Shown: positions 55,405 to 56,017 of the stretch, one piece after another
Layout: every line of letters begins with the position of its first letter
How positions within the stretch are numbered: the stretch's first letter is position 1
Origin: Histomonas meleagridis 2922-C6/04-290x
Lineage: Eukaryota; Protista; Parabasalia
Direction: 5' to 3'
DNA: 56,017 nucleotides
Assembly (NCBI GenBank): GCA_020184695.1
Contig: JAANOX010000264.1
Span: 1 to 56,017 of the forward strand
Made by a program: the position numbers and the translations under genes
Notes under the pieces: generated by a model
What the model was told of the DNA's origin: nothing
The model's database searches: none
What the model saw: the letters and a program-made list of their open reading frames with translations, nothing else

Positions 55405-55576
55405 AAATATTAAATAAAAATATAAATTAATTAAATTTTATATTCTTTTTTTAAAATTAAATTAATAAATCATTAATAAATAAATCATTAATAAATAAAT
55501 CATTATCAAGTTAAATTATTAATTTTTTATTAATTAATTATTCAAAATATAATTTTATATTAATGTAAAAATAAAT

Positions 55577-55582
55577 AAAAAA
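55577..55582 (-). terminator. Pol III oligo-T terminator of the 5S gene
   Basis: A T6 run follows the 5S 3' end on the minus strand. Confidence 0.75.
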
Positions 55583-55583
55583 G

Positions 55584-55700
55584 GAAGCAGCACCATACGT
55601 TCCCAGGAAGTCTCCCAGCCTAGTACTGATATGGCCCGCGATTGCTTAATTTCCATGTTCGAAATGGAGCTGGATGTATCCAATCGTGTATGGCCGCTTC
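55584..55700 (-). rRNA. 5S rRNA: 5S ribosomal RNA
   Basis: GAAGCGGCCATAC...CGAACATGGAAATTAAGC (box A region)...AGTACTAGGCTGGGAGACTTCCTGGGAAC (box C region)...GCTGCTTC. Terminal helix I (GAAGCGGC/GCTGCTTC) pairs; length about 117 nt. Confidence 0.92.
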
Positions 55701-55947
55701 AATAATATGTTTTATTATACATTCTTAATACTTAATATTTATTAATTAAAATTTTATTTAAATGACATTGGGGGGTCTTTTTTATCATCACTTTCATTTT
55801 TCTTCTAATATAAACCATACAAAAGTCAACGATACATATTTTTTAAAAGTTATTTGATCGGTTATTTAATTCCTGAAAAATTCAATTAATGTGGTGATTT
55901 AAATTCTGAACTAATGAACATTTAAGCTTTAATTTCATTTTTTAATT

Positions 55948-56017
55948 ATGTTTGGTTATTTTACTGATCCATTTTATGATCCATTCGAATATAGACCAAT
56001 AAGGATTTATCATCCAT
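55948..56017 (+). CDS. Second copy of the MLF-like gene, truncated by the window end
   Basis: 55905-56017 is nearly identical to 54718-54831 and reads MFGYFTDPFYDPFEYRPIRIYHP in frame. Confidence 0.7.
   Translation, partial: MFGYFTDPFYDPFEYRPIRIYHP

Noticed and set aside
55465-55505. Short TAATAAATAAATCAT tandem repeat downstream of the MLF-like gene
   Set aside because: Ordinary AT-rich slippage repeat with only about 3 copies.

Overview
AT-rich, gene-dense, intron-poor eukaryotic DNA, most likely from a parabasalid of the Tritrichomonas type. This is inferred from the DUF3447-ankyrin and BspA families, M3/M5-like core promoter motifs and a trichomonad-like 5S rRNA. The window holds about 25 apparently intact genes, including RPS26, PRKCSH, a RasGEF, APC7-like, AVL9-like, a UBR E3 ligase and a NEK kinase. 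It also has several bacterial-type enzymes (TIGR02452 PARG, flavodoxin, aldo-keto reductase), gene relics (Cbf5, Myb, a kinase), a TTAA-flanked MITE, and a 5S rRNA gene linked to a repeated MLF-like gene. The main result concerns four DUF3447-ankyrin loci. Almost every ankyrin repeat is an intact module of about 90 nt, interrupted at the same codon (the beta-hairpin between ...INAKD and TAL...) by a stop-containing AT-rich spacer. The spacers have no consistent GT-AG ends and are built from a 20-nt unit. By hand count, 22 of 25 spacers are exact multiples of 20 nt (40 to 780 nt). This looks like an undescribed class of intervening sequence; its mechanism (RNA excision, DNA rearrangement or recoding) cannot be decided from sequence alone. 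All coordinates and counts were made by hand, and family assignments come from motif recognition, not database searches.
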